A DNA stretch of 50,357 nucleotides from Octopus bimaculoides (GCF_001194135.2 NC_068983.1:7392282-7442638); one strand, 5' to 3'. Counted from the first letter of the stretch, positions 23,247 through 37,364 are shown. Translations and numbers: made by a program. The notes: generated by a model not told the origin, from the letters alone.

Positions 23247-24829
23247 GTCCCAGACCAAACCTGATCCAGTAGATCTTATAATCAAAGACATTCTTGCAGT
23301 GACTATAGACTCCACGAGAAATTTCCTAAAGCGAAACAAGACTTCGTTTGAGACTTGTGGGGTCGACAAATAAATCATCATTTAAAATTCAAAGGATGAA
23401 AGCTCGTGGCTCAATGCTTGGGGTGTTGTACATACGATTATCGACCGGGCGGTGCATTATGTTTTTGACTAAAACACTGCATTTTACGTCGCTGTAGTCT
23501 CCTCGGCTGTAAATGATTAACCGTGCAACGGATTGGCGTCCCGTTCAAACGGAATGTTGCGATCTCGGGCACTTATAAGTTATAAAGAAAGGGACAGCCG
23601 GCCCGATGAAACCCAGAGCACGAGAAAGAACTACACATACATACAAAATTGAAGGAGGCCTTGAAAATTCGTGAGTGTGTTTCTGTGTAAGAGAGGTACA
23701 AGTTACATGTTCACGAGCTCCGTCATGATTTTCTGGCCTCCGGACTATTATACCGACTGAAACTCTCCATCTCTTGTAGGTCCTTAAAATGACCACTAGA
23801 CCTGCGTTTGTTATAACCAGTACCACATTATCCTGTGTTTATTTTCATCTCCTCTCTCTCTCTCTTATTTTTTCCATCAGAAGTTGAGGTGAGAGAGATT
23901 TGATTACCATTCTTAGCGGGTCGGCCAACCACGTCGAGTTACCTTGGTGTTGTCATTGTTGTTATCGTTCCGAATGCTTCACAGAAAGCGTAACAATAAC
24001 AATGCCGAACAGTGGCATGAAATAATGAAGGTCAATTGATAATGTATTTATAAATTAATGCTAAAACAGTTTAGTGATTTTCTTGTCCTTTTTTTTTTCC
24101 TTTTTCAATAATACTTCAGTGAAATACAACTTATTTGACAAAAAATGCATTTGTCTTTGTGTTTTGTTTTTATTTTGTTAATTATCTTGTCCATTCTTAC
24201 TCCGCTGAGGTTTATTGTATTCTTTGCTATTACGTATGTGTATGTGTGTGTGTTTGTGTGTGCATGCACTCACATGCTTATATGTACGCTTATATATGCA
24301 CATATATGAATGCGCACACATACACACACATATATATACATATATAAATGCATGCATGTATGCATACATATATCCAACTCCATAACAATGATAAAATAGA
24401 TATTTCGTAAAAAAACAACAACATTTCTTTGTGCAAGAATTTAGCAAAGGGCTCAGTAAAATAGAAAAGAAAGTAAGATTTAAGAAGGATAATGTATGTG
24501 TATATGTGCATGCATGTTAGATATATATTCTTTGGAATTGGTCATTTGTGATGAGTTGATTAAGTCATCCGTTTTGATAATCTAACGCTTCAGATGCAAT
24601 TATTTTATGAAGAAGTAGCTCTAGACAATTGCCCACAGCACAAATCAAAATAAAAAATAAAAATAAATTTCATGATTAGAAAAAAATTAGCCTCAATACT
24701 GTTAAATGGAAATATCTCCCACAGAATTGAAACAAATGGTGGTCTGCAACTAAGTGTAGTAGCAAGTCCATCAAAGAGTATAACGTAATATCCGAAAACT
24801 GCAGGCGCTCGAAGTAGTGTTCAGTAGGG

Positions 24830-25518
24830 CAGGATGCTCAATTACAGGGCCATGGATCATTTGGTACCGGGCCGCACAGAAAGAATAAATCTAAAAATGT
24901 TATTTCTATTTTATTGACTATCGCATTTTACGGTGAGTTTTTGTATTATATGTGTTTAATATAAGTAATATATATATACACATTATATATTACAGTATGA
25001 TAGTATCGACTTGGCTACTAAGTGCTGTCATGATTCGCTGATCACAATGCGCTTCCTGTTCTTTGTTGATTGTGCCATTATTTTCTACCTTATCCCAAAT
25101 TGCTTCACTAAATCGTCTTTCCGTCATCGTAGAGGCCTTCCAAGTGCCCTTTTCCAGTTTCTTGGATACCACTGAGCAACTGCACGGACCCACCGGTTGT
25201 CTGTGAGCTTAGCGACATGTCCATCCCAGTGGAACTTCTGCTTTTGATATTCTGCAATCACATCGTTCACGCCGCCTCGTTACAAATATATTCTCGTAAT
25301 GATATTCCTAGTAAGGACCATTCTGCGTCGCTTTGCCTCGTAACCAACAACTCATTTGCGTATAAGGACGAAGCTACTGAAAAATCTGACTCGCAGTGTA
25401 TGTGTGATAATTAAATTATATATTATAGATTTTGTGTTTTGTTATGCATGTGATATGGCGGTCCGTGGAAAGTTCGTCTTGTCTCAGTCCGTAGCGCAGA
25501 AAAGGTTGTAGACCTCTG
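24830..25518. mobile_element. hAT (Charlie-like) element termini enclosing a LINE fragment
   Basis: Left end CAGGATGCTCAA...ggtaccgggccgcacag and right end ggtccgtggaaa...aaaggttgtagacctCTG resemble Charlie-type ends. The flanking 8-mers do not match (cagtaggg vs caaaaaag), so no TSD is retained. Confidence 0.5.
25000..25385 (-). mobile_element. Decayed RTE-clade LINE, 3' end of RT ORF
   Basis: Minus-strand translation with a frameshift and stops: LLGISLREYICNE.../VNDVIAEYQKQKFHWDGHVAKLTDNRWVRAVAQWYPRNWKRALGRPLR*RKDDL. This matches the RTE C-terminal signature WAGHVAR..DNRW....W.PR..KR..GRP..RW.DD. Confidence 0.85.
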
Positions 25519-27402
25519 CAAAAAAGGACTTAAAGGTAATCTCACTGTTACTATCTGCGGCCGTATTACTTTCAGAAGGCGGACTCCTCAATCATTAGGG
25601 ATTACATATTTGTCGATAAACACTAGATAGTCATTATATACCTATAGTTCCAACATCCACACCTGAGCAAGGTGTACTTAACTATTGATTGAAAATCCAT
25701 CTTAAAAGAATGTACAACAGTGGGATTGCTGTTATATTCTACTTTTGTTGCAGAAGAATTTAAGACAAAGTCGGAGTTAGGCAATCGCTTAAAAGTCTCA
25801 ATACACTGTGAGTTTCCGCTGGCGTTATACCGCAGCGAACCGACGAACCAACAAAATACATACATTGAATATATGTAGTCGGTAATGTCTACGACACTAG
25901 CACTGCTTTTAATCTTTTATTGAATTTGATTTTACGTATATATTGCCACGGAATATCAGCAAACAGTTTTTATATTATTTATATATATATAGTCAAAAAC
26001 TGATGATTCGATTTGTGCCCGATTCGATTCATCAACGTGATGTCGATAAGTCACACAGATGGCGAAATATCGCTACCAATCTCTCCTGGATAAGATCGAG
26101 GACGAGTTATCTCTCCTGTTTATGACTTGGTGTTTTAAGACCCAGCATAATGAGGGAGGCGTCCCCAGGCGCTATTCCGCTGCGAAGCGGCAAACAAATA
26201 AAACGCATTTATTGAGTATGTGCGGTCGATAATATGTATGCATGTATGCATGTATGTATGTGTGTGTGAGTATCAAAACAGAAGACTGGAAAAAAATTTG
26301 GTATACATTTTATACGTGTTTCATTACAGGATAGGAATCACAAGGCTATGCAAGCAGAGAAGTATATATAATCTCCTATCCGTAATTCTTCAGACTAACA
26401 TTTAAAAATAATGCAAATTTAAACTGGATGATGTTGCAATTTATGGTCTTAAGCATCATCCAGTGTAAATTTATATTGTGCTTGAATCTTTGTATGAAAA
26501 TATACTGATTGGAGATTGGATACATTTCTTTCTCACCATGTATGCCTTTTTAACTCCTATCTTGTAAAGTAACACGTGTAACAAGGAATTAAAAAGTATA
26601 CCTAATTGTTTCCAGTCTTCTGTTTTGATATGTAATTACTCTGCAAATACGTAGAATTCACTAAAAATTTCAATTGTTATGTATATCTCATCTGAAATAA
26701 AACATTTGTATATATACATTTGATTAATGTGAATATGCAGACGTGCTTCACGAGGTCACAGCTTGGAATATAACCCCTTATATATATATATACATATATA
26801 TATATCGTAAGAGTGTTTCTGTGTGTAGAACCATCTGCCAGAGATGGTAACAGCTGAATTCTATAATAGGACTTTGCTAAATAAAGCACTTATACAATGT
26901 TTCATTTGTACTTTGTATACAGTTTCCTTGATTAATTATCTAATTAACTTGGTAATAAATCGATCACATTCTCATTGGCACACACGTACATACGCATAAA
27001 TGCACGTATATGAAAATCTCTCTTTCTCTCTCCTCTGTGTAACACTGTTGATACCATTGCATTGAATGGTATTGCTCAGGTATCGAAACCATTGCGATAC
27101 CGTGAGGCAGCTAATGATGGATGTATACGAGTAAATAATGTTTCTTGACTGTAAATCTTTTTTATTTTCTGATCTCGTGGTTTTAAGTTGTCCGCCATTG
27201 CACTTCTAGTTCTCGTAGAGTAAATCTTAAAATTTAGGGGTTCTTGTTTTCTTTGTTTGTGGCATTTTGTTGTATATATATTATACCATATATTGATATT
27301 GCGTGACTATTTTCATAGGGATTCTAATTCTAGAAATGGTAATACTTGTTTAGGGCTTTGTGACTTCATAGAGGTCTTGTTGCATATACATTATACTTAT
27401 TT

Positions 27403-27665
<263 letters not shown>

Positions 27666-28094
27666 CCTATGCGTGTATATAAGTGATAGGTGTGAATAGG
27701 TGTGATGGAGTGGAAGAACGTCCGTGTGAGAATGTCCGTGATCGCTGACACATGTGTGACTAAGTAAAGAAATTAGGCGTTCGTGGATATGTGTTTGCAT
27801 ATCGATGTTTGAGAATATGTCGCAATGAGACATGGCGGTAGAGAGATAGAGCTGTGCGTATCCGTGTGTGTATGCATACATATGAATAAAGTGTGATTGT
27901 GTTAAGGAAAGCGGCTGAAAAGAGATGTGTGTAAGTGTGTGCGTGCAGAAGCTAATGCTTGGAGTGTGTGTGTGTGGCGGGGAGGGGCTGGCTAGAAGTG
28001 TAGGTTGAGAAAGTTAAGAGGAATGGATGGAAGTGAAAATGGGGATGGGCAGAGGAGAAGGGTAAGGAGGGGACGGAGAGAGATAAGGGATATA

Positions 28095-28845
28095 ATTATG
28101 GATTGGATGAGGAAGTGCAGATTACAAAATGTGAGAGGGTGAATCAGATCAAAATGCTTGTAAGTTTGACGAAGGAAATAAGCTTCTGTTACCGTTTGAA
28201 CGGAATGGTGGAAAATGGAATGTTGAAGATCGAAGTCGAAGACCAAGACCTGTTCGGTGGTGCGGTCAGCGAAGCGGAAATTTCGAAATAAGGAGACCCG
28301 TTGCTAAGTCGGATGTCATTGAAGTATTCTGTTGATTTGTTGGACTGGAGGTGGCCGGTTTTCCCAATGTAGAACATTGGACCGTATATACGTAGGTGTT
28401 AAAAGTACATCTGAAAGAATCGAATCCTTAATATGGAAGACACTGTTGTTGGGTCAGGCGAGGATGGTGGTTTGAAAAGAAAAGGGTAGCAGTGGCAGCA
28501 GGGATGAAAATAGGACAGAGATCAAGGAAGAGAACAGTTGTGAGGGAAGAGGATTTGTAGATGAGAAGATTGCAAAGCTTCTGGGCGCGCCAAAAGAAGG
28601 GGATGTGTGGAAGAGGGAAGAAACGAGAAGTGGTTGGCAGGATTAAATTGGAGGTGGCCAAAAAAGCAGAGAATAGTGTGCCAGAGGGGTAGATTGGCGG
28701 GTAGGTGTGGTGAAAGGGGAAGACTTGGATGGGTTTCAACGCGGAATGTAAGGGTTAAGCTGGGCTCAGTAGCACGGGCGTGGGAAAAGGTATCTTGGAT
28801 AAAGGTGGGTGGGTATTCGTGTCAAATGAATAGACCGGTCTGAGT
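28095..28845 (-). mobile_element. Decayed Penelope-like element (RT C-terminus/linker plus GIY-YIG endonuclease)
   Basis: Fragmented minus-strand frames: EYPPTFIQDTFSHAR, PTTSRFFPLPHIPFFWRAQKLCNLLI, FYIGKTG...EYFNDIRLSNGSP and *QKLISFVKL. They occur in the order typical of PLE ORFs and carry many frameshifts. Confidence 0.72.
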
Positions 28846-28874
28846 TTCAAAGCCATGATTCTCATCATCCTCTC

Positions 28875-29040
28875 TTCTTCGCACAACGCCATGGCTGTGT
28901 GGTTAAGTAGCTCGTATTGCAACCACGTGTTCCGGGTTCAGTCCAACTGTGTGGCATCTTGGGCAAGAGACTTCATCTATAGTCCCGGATTGACAAATGC
29001 CTTGTGAGTAAACTTGGTAGACGGAAACTATACAGATACC
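28875..29040 (+). mobile_element. SINE family A, 5' half
   Basis: tggctgtgtggttaagtagc...ccgggttcagtcc...ggtagacggaaact. Confidence 0.75.
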
Positions 29041-29947
29041 TGTTGTACATAAATATAATATAATATATATACATTATATATATATCTACACTATATATAT
29101 NNNNNNNNNNNNNNNNNNNNNNNNNNNNNNNNNNNNNNNNNNNNNNNNNNNNNNNNNNNNNNNNNNNNNNNNNNNNNNNNNNNNNNNNNNNNNNNNNNNN
29201 NNNNNNNNNNNNNNNNNNNNNNNNNNNNNNNNNNNNNNNNNNNNNNNNNNNNNNNNNNNNNNNNNNNNNNNNNNNNNNNNNNNNNNNNNNNNNNNNNNNN
29301 NNNNNNNNNNNNNNNNNNNNNNNNNNNNNNNNNNNNNNNNNNNNNNNNNNNNNNNNNNNNNNNNNNNNNNNNNNNNNNNNNNTATATATATATATACATA
29401 TATACATATACTGTTGTGCCTTATAATTTAACACACTCACCGGAAAAATTTCAACTCATTTATTTATTTTTCTAAACTTTTCGTTGCAACCGTTTCAATA
29501 GTTGTCGACTCTGTCCGTCATTCAAGCTGTTTTTGTTTGTTTGTGTGCGTGTGTGTGGGTCAGTGTGTGTGCGCATACACATGCATGTATGTACGTTTGC
29601 ATGTATGTATGTATGTATGTATGTATGTATGTATGTATGTATGTATGCGTGTAAGTGTGTGTATGCATGTATGTATATGTGCGTACGTATTTTTTTCTGC
29701 ATATTCATGTGTTTGTGTGTTTTTATGAGAATGTGTGTTTGCATGTGTGTGTATGTATCTTTGTCGCCTTGTGTGTGTGCATGTATGAGTGTGTGTGTGT
29801 GTGGTGTGTGTGTGGGTGTGTGTATGTAACTATTTACTGTGTCTGTATGTATGGAAGTGTATCTCCATATGTTTCCTTGTGTCAACTGAATATGCTTCAA
29901 CACACGAACTCTCATAAAGAATCTTGTAATCCAAATCCCAAAACGAA

Positions 29948-30034
<87 letters not shown>

Positions 30035-30054
30035 CCTACATACATACATATGTG

Positions 30055-30290
30055 TCAGTGTGTGTGTGTGTGTGTTTACGTTTGCGTTCGTTTCTATTAT
30101 CGTTCGATAATCAGTATTGGTTTGTTTACATCCCCCTAAGTTAGCTGTTCGGCAAGAAGGCTTTGATAGAATAAGCACCAGGTTTAAAAAATAAGTACTG
30201 TGATCGATTTGTTCGACTGAGCCCTTCAAGGCGGTGCCCCAGCTTGGCCGCGATCCAATAAGTGAAATAAGTAAAAGAAAAGATAAAAAG
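30055..30290 (+). mobile_element. SINE family A, 3' half (degenerate)
   Basis: gttcggcaag...gatagaataag...gtcgatttgttcgact-like...ggcggtgccccagc. Confidence 0.65.
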
Positions 30291-30299
30291 CAAAAACAA

Positions 30300-30570
30300 T
30301 ATTTTTTTTTACCCTAGGCACAAGGCCCGATTTTTGGTACTTAATTTATCGACCCCGAAAGGATGAAAGGCAAAGTCGACTTCGGAGGAATTTGAACTCT
30401 GAACGTAAAGACAGACGAAAGGTAAAAACAATATTCTTTTCTTTTCTAGGCACAAGGCTCGAAATTTTGGGGGAAGGGGAGCAACCGATTAGATAGACTC
30501 CAGTACATAACTAGTATTTAATTTATCGACCCCGAAAGGACGAAAGGTAAAGTCGACTTCGGCAGAAAGT
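30300..30570 (-). mobile_element. Two partial, tandem SINE family B copies
   Basis: atttatcgaccccgaaagga(t/c)gaaagg(c/t)aaagtcgacttcgg occurs twice. Confidence 0.75.
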
Positions 30571-30754
30571 ATAAACAATATTAAAACACAAATATATTTG
30601 AAGAATTTTGACTCTTTGTAGAGGCGCAGCAGACAAGTGACCACTCCCATCTCTGTTCACATTTAATTCCGCAATTCTGCAATTCCGCAATAAAATGTTC
30701 AACAGAATTTGAAAGAAACGCATTCCTAACTAGGCAACAAATAAATAAATAAAT

Positions 30755-30765
30755 ATATGATGATG

Positions 30766-30822
<57 letters not shown>

Positions 30823-30904
30823 GCAACAACAACACTAATAATAATGTTCACAAACATACGCAGCTGGAGAAACACAGTGCATAGACACTCACATGCGCAC
30901 ACAT

Positions 30905-30945
<41 letters not shown>

Positions 30946-31106
30946 TACCCAGACACGCACAAAACATATCTCAGACAAAGACGGAACATAAATACATCAA
31001 TAGTAATAATCACAATTGTCATAAAAAGACTCTCATTAACAACAATAATAATAATAATAATAATGATGATGATGATGATGATAATGATGATGATAATAAT
31101 ATGATA

Positions 31107-31155
<49 letters not shown>

Positions 31156-31530
31156 CAACAACAGCAACAACAACAACAGATGATAATTATTATTGATAAT
31201 AAAATTGAATGATGGCGACTAAGATGACCTTTAAGATGATAATTGTGAAAATGACGAAGAAGATGAGGAGGAAGGTGAGGATAGACAAAAACGAGTGAAA
31301 GGCAAACAAAGAGGAAGAATGTGATGAATATTTTAGAAATGTACCAATAAATTAATTACAAATAATCCACCATTATTTATATTAGAAATATTGATTAGAA
31401 ACGGAAGCCCATTCAGATAGTTACGCATCCGTATGCAATGCATCGATATCTAAATACATACATACATGCGTACATATATACGTACACGTGTATGTATGTA
31501 TGTATGTATGTATGTATGTATGTATGTATG

Positions 31531-31567
<37 letters not shown>

Positions 31568-31612
31568 CTCTATCTCTATCTTTCTCTCTCTCTCCTTCTC
31601 TCTCTCTCTCTC

Positions 31613-31667
<55 letters not shown>

Positions 31668-31745
31668 CACAAATACATACATACATACATACATATATGT
31701 ATGTATGTATGTATGTATGTATATATATATATTGTGTGGTAAGTA
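30755..31745. repeat. Cluster of (AAT)n, (CA)n, (GAT)n, (TATG)n, (TCTA)n and (CT)n microsatellites
   Basis: Direct inspection. Confidence 0.9.
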
Positions 31746-32287
31746 NNNNNNNNNNNNNNNNNNNNNNNNNNNNNNNNNNNNNNNNNNNNNNNNNNNNNNN
31801 NNNNNNNNNNNNNNNNNNNNNNNNNNNNNNNNNNNNNNNNNNNNNNNNNNNNNNNNNNNNNNNNNNNNNNNNNNNNNNNNNNNNNNNNNNNNNNNNNNNN
31901 NNNNNNNNNNNNNNNNNNNNNNNNNNNNNNNNNNNNNNNNNNNNNNNNNNNNNNNNNNNNNNNNNNNNNNNNNNNNNNNNNNNNNNNNNNNNNNNNNNNN
32001 NNNNNNNNNNNNNNNNNNNNNNNNNNNNNNNNNNNNNNNNNNNNNNNNNNNNNNNNNNNNNNNNNNNNNNNNNNNNNNNNNNNNNNNNNNNNNNNNNNNN
32101 NNNNNNNNNNNNNNNNNNNNNNNNNNNNNNNNNNNNNNNNNNNNNNNNNNNNNNNNNNNNNNNNNNNNNNNNNNNNNNNNNNNNNNNNNNNNNNNNNNNN
32201 NNNNNNNNNNNNNNNNNNNNNNNNNNNNNNNNNNNNNNNNNNNNNNNNNNNNNNNNNNNNNNNNNNNNNNNNNNNNNNNNNNNNNNN

Positions 32288-32318
<31 letters not shown>

Positions 32319-32373
32319 GCACACACAAATACACAAGCATACACATCCACCCACAAACATATATATATGCACG

Positions 32374-32419
<46 letters not shown>

Positions 32420-32489
32420 GAGAGACAGAACGGCTTTTATTTTAAACATCTTATATGGAAGATATTCTCTCTTTATTTTGGCACTACGG

Positions 32490-32605
32490 CCATAAAGGCA
32501 AAGAGTCGACCTCGGCGGAATTCGAACTGAGACCGTAAAGACAGACGAAATTCCGCTAAGCATTTCGGCCTGCGGGCTAAAGCTTCTGCCAGCTCGCTGC
32601 CTTCT
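32490..32605 (-). mobile_element. SINE family B, 5' part
   Basis: gtcgacctcggcggaattcgaactga...ttctgccagctcgctgcc. Confidence 0.8.
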
Positions 32606-32725
32606 TATATGGAAAATATGACTATGGAAGAGCTTAATCCTTTCAATTAAATCATACAGAAAAAGGTAACAAGGTAAAATGAAAGAATATTTGTAAATAG
32701 GCTTTGTATATATGTGTGTATATAT

Positions 32726-32895
32726 AGGAGTGGCTGTGTGGTAAGTAGTTTGCTTACCAGCCACATGGTCCCGGGTTCAGTCCCACTGCGTGGTGGCACC
32801 TTGGGCAAGTGGCTTTTACTATAGCCTCGGGCCGGCCAAAGCCTTGTGAGTGGATTTGGTAGACGGAAACTGAAAGAAGCCCGTCGTATATATGT
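32726..32895 (+). mobile_element. SINE family A, 5' half
   Basis: ggagtggctgtgtggtaagtag...gaaagaagcccgtcgtata. Confidence 0.85.
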
Positions 32896-33085
32896 ATATC
32901 TATCTATCTATCTATCTATCTATACATTTGTATACATACTTTCATACACACATACATCTATATATNNNNNNNNNNNNNNNNNNNNNNNNNNNNNNNNNNN
33001 NNNNNNNNNNNNNNNNNNNNNNNNNNNNNNNNNNNNNATGTATGTATGTATGTATGTATGTATGTATATATGTTTGTATGTAAAT

Positions 33086-33150
<65 letters not shown>

Positions 33151-33310
33151 GTGTGTGTGTGTATAATTATATGTTTGCTTATAGTTTACGGATGAGCTAA
33201 AAAGAGTAAAATAAGTAACAGCATCAACCAAATCTCATAAACAACATAAAAGTAAATTACCCTTTGATGGATTTTTCTCATAAAATTTATAGCAATAACA
33301 TATTTATCTA

Positions 33311-33373
<63 letters not shown>

Positions 33374-34559
33374 ATGGATAGATGGATGCATACACGCAGA
33401 TACACGTAAATTTACACATACACTCTGTCTCATACACATAAATAAACATCAATATTTCACATGAAAATATTGTTTGAAATGTCATTCTCTTGAATGCAAC
33501 AGTCATACAACAGAACCACGGATCAATGAAGGAAGACTCACGTTAGTTGTTCAAGCCGCTGGAAATAGCAGTTAAATTTCTCTCAAGTTACATCCAACAA
33601 TCTTTAAATAAAAGCAAAGATTACATTGGATAATATAGAACCAGATTGCATTGTGCCTGAAGGAAAAATAAAAATTGCCAGAAATTTAACAGAAAGACGG
33701 GATGTTTGTCGCAGAGGCAACTTTAATCAAGGATTCAGGGATAGAAGACGGTGTTGATGTACTTGGAATTTGAACATGGAACGTAAAAAGAACGTAACAA
33801 TGTACCGCTAGGCATTTTGTTAGTCTACCATTTCCTCCAGTCCCTTGTCTATAATTAACATTCAAAAAAGCATTTAAAATCCGCTGTTTCTCTTCTTATT
33901 TGCAATGCTAGAGGACATTAACATATAACTCACAATACCACCAGATATTTATATATAACACACAAAAGCGACAAATAAACTACGAACTACAGACAACTCC
34001 TGTCCTACATTGATAATGCACACAGAAGACTAAGTAAAGAAAGCAAAACGATATATTGAGAGCAACTTATGGTCTGCCAATAACATTATTTTTCTCCGAA
34101 CTCTTGGATTATTTTCTTTCCATAGCTGATAAAGGGTATCTTTCCCGAAATATAAAGAAAGCTTTAAATAAACTATATAAGGTGATACAATTTCTTTTGT
34201 TTTTATTTTTTGGTATCACCATATAAATTTTGCCTAAATTCTCTCCTGGACTTTTCAAAGATTTTTAAAAACATTTATGCCATTCACACATTATAAGATT
34301 TCAAGCAATTTATAATAATCTTATATATCATTTTTTACACGGACGAAGATCAAAGCTTCGGTTTTCTTGCCGTCATGAGCTTGACAACTTCATGATGGTA
34401 AGCAAGCGGAAACTTCGAAGTCACTGCCAGGTCTTCCTTTACAAAAACTAATAAGTATGTAGTCTATTAAAAAGTATTGAGTAATCCTTCAATTTAATGT
34501 TAAATTGTTTTTATATATAACTTCTCATAAAAACAAACATTAATATTACACACACTATA

Positions 34560-34596
<37 letters not shown>

Positions 34597-35157
34597 NNNN
34601 NNNNNNNNNNNNNNNNNNNNNNNNNNNNNNNNNNNNNNNNNNNNNNNNNNNNNNNNNNNNNNNNNNNNNNNNNNNNNNNNNNNNNNNNNNNNNNNNNNNN
34701 NNNNNNNNNNNNNNNNNNNNNNNNNNNNNNNNNNNNNNNNNNNNNNNNNNNNNNNNNNNNNNNNNNNNNNNNNNNNNNNNNNNNNNNNNNNNNNNNNNNN
34801 NNNNNNNNNNNNNNNNNNNNNNNNNNNNNNNNNNNNNNNNNNNNNNNNNNNNNNNNNNNNNNNNNNNNNNNNNNNNNNNNNNNNNNNNNNNNNNNNNNNN
34901 NNNNNNNNNNNNNNNNNNNNNNNNNNNNNNNNNNNNNNNNNNNNNNNNNNNNNNNNNNNNNNNNNNNNNNNNNNNNNNNNNNNNNNNNNNNNNNNNNNNN
35001 NNNNNNNNNNNNNNNNNNNNNNNNNNNNNNNNNNNNNNNNNNNNNNNNNNNNNNNNNNNNNNNNNNNNNNNNNNNNNNNNNNNNNNNNNNNNNNNNNNNN
35101 NNNNNNNNNNNNNNNNNNNNNNNNNNNNNNNNNNNNNNNNNNNNNNNNNNNNNNNNN

Positions 35158-35188
<31 letters not shown>

Positions 35189-35391
35189 TACATATGCTAA
35201 CTAACGACTAGTTTTGATAGACAAAGACAGACAAATATGCATATATAAAACATAAGACATATATAAACGCATAGAGACATACAGAGAAAAAAAAGAGACA
35301 GAAAGAGAGAGACTGGGGTACACAGACAGAGAAAGGGAGTAGGTAGGGCGAGGGATAGGAAGAAAGAGAGAGAGAAAGAAAAAGAGAAGAG

Positions 35392-35429
<38 letters not shown>

Positions 35430-36039
35430 AGCGAGAGTGGGGTGGGGGTAAACAATCTTGTTAACAGGCCATTAACAGCTGGGGCGGTGGTGATAGCGGA
35501 GGGTGTCTATAATCTCTTTCGCATTTAAGCAAATAGATTATTCTTTTACACAATACAAAACAATACGGCGGTTTCATGTGAGAAGTGGTTGCAGAGGAGT
35601 CAACATAACGTTTATAAAAGCAGACGTTGGATAACACGCTTTTAGAAAACAAAATTCTATACGGAGATTCATTTCGCTTAAGCAATCCGACAAGAATACA
35701 CACAATAGCTAACCACCCTGTCACCCACCAGCGTTTTACATTTATATCAGGGACAGCAATCTTGAGTGCCGAATCTGCGTCGTTCTCAAAATGTCAAACG
35801 CTCTTCAATGGAGAAAGGGAAAGAAAGCGAACGCCGTTGCGAAAGCTCAGCTTTTGACATTTCACGGCCGTTTGTTCATTGAGCCATCACCACAGCTATA
35901 ACTACTAACATGGCTGCTGCCGCGCCCCAAGGGACGTATCAACGTGGTTGCTCTCGATGCTAGAAATAGTAGTTAAATTTCATTTAACCGAAACCTACTG
36001 TCTTTAACTATAATGATAATAACTCTTTCTATTAAAGCC

Positions 36040-36810
36040 ACAAGGCCGGAAATTGTGTGTGTGTGTGTGGGGGTGCTCAGTGATACTTATTTCATCGACC
36101 CTGAAAGCATGAAAGGCAAAGTCGACCTCGGCGGAATTTGAACTCAAAACGTAAAGACGGACGAAATGCCGTTAAACATTTTGTTCAGTATGCTGGACAA
36201 AATAATAATCCTTTCTACTTATAGGCACTAGGCGTGAAATTTGTTGGGAGGGGGAGCTAGTCGATTACATCGACCCCAGTGTTTCACTGGTACTTGATTT
36301 ATCGNNNNNNNNNNNNNNNNNNNNNNNNNNNNNNNNNNNNNNNNNNNNNNNNNNNNNNNNNNNNNNNNNNNNNNNNNNNNNNNNNNNNNNNNNNNNNNNN
36401 NNNNNNNNNNNNNNNNNNNNNNNNNNNNNNNNNNNNNCATCGACCCTGAAAGCATGAAAGGCAAAGTCGACCTCGGCGGAATTTGAACTCAGAACGTTAA
36501 AAAACCGGAAGAAATGCCGCTCAACACCACCACCACCACCACCAACAACAACAACAGCACCAACAACAACAACAACAGGAGCAGCAGCAGCAACAACAAC
36601 TACAACCTTTTCTACTATAGGCACAAGACCTGAAATTTGGTGGAGGGGATTAGTCGATCACAGGGATCGCAGAATTTCACTGGTACTTCATTTATCGACT
36701 GCGAAAGGATGAAAAACAAAATCGACCTCGGTGGCGTTTGAACTCAAAACGTAGCGACGGGCGAAATACCGCTAATCATTTCGTCCAGCGTGCTCACGAT
36801 TCTGCCAACA
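36040..36810 (-). mobile_element. Cluster of SINE family B copies around an N-gap
   Basis: An identical 54-mer (catcgaccctgaaagcatgaaaggcaaagtcgacctcggcggaatttgaactca) lies on both sides of the gap, with a further copy at about 36620-36810. Confidence 0.75.
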
Positions 36811-37364
36811 ACAATAACGACAACAACAGTAATAGTTATAATAATGATATAAAAGATAATAAACATTGGATAATAGTGTTCGGGGGTCATCGCTCTGTCT
36901 AAAAAACAAATGGAATGGTCACGTTTAGAAGGGCATTTGATTATAGGTTTTCTCAGCCAGATATGATGTAGTTCTGATAACAACAACAACAACAACAACA
37001 ACACATCCACTGCTAACCCTAACTGCTGCCAATACTATGCGATGACATTAAAGCTCGCCATTTTCATTGCCAGCATCACCATAGCACCAGTATCGCTAAT
37101 ACCACAACAATCTCTACGGGCAAGAATATATCCATCGGTGCAATCAGTATTGTAATAACACCTCCATCACCCCCACGAACTATCAGTACATACCACAATC
37201 CCCACCTTTACCATCAAGCTTTTACCATACCACCATAAATTGTACATATGCAATAAACACACACATAAACACACACATAGATGCATACATATGTATTTAT
37301 GTGTTTATGTGTATATGCATGCATATATAAGTACGAATACATATTACACACACATATATATATT

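Noticed and set aside
23615-23690. Peptide ...KLKEALKIRE resembling a GIY-YIG C-terminal helix
   Set aside because: Too short, and no upstream GIY/YIG motifs were recovered.
25754-25807. Possible 54-nt phase-1 micro-exon (ttttgttgcag...CT|gtgagt)
   Set aside because: The splice-like signals and open frame are suggestive, but there are no partner exons or homology, and it lies beyond the Gfi1 stop.
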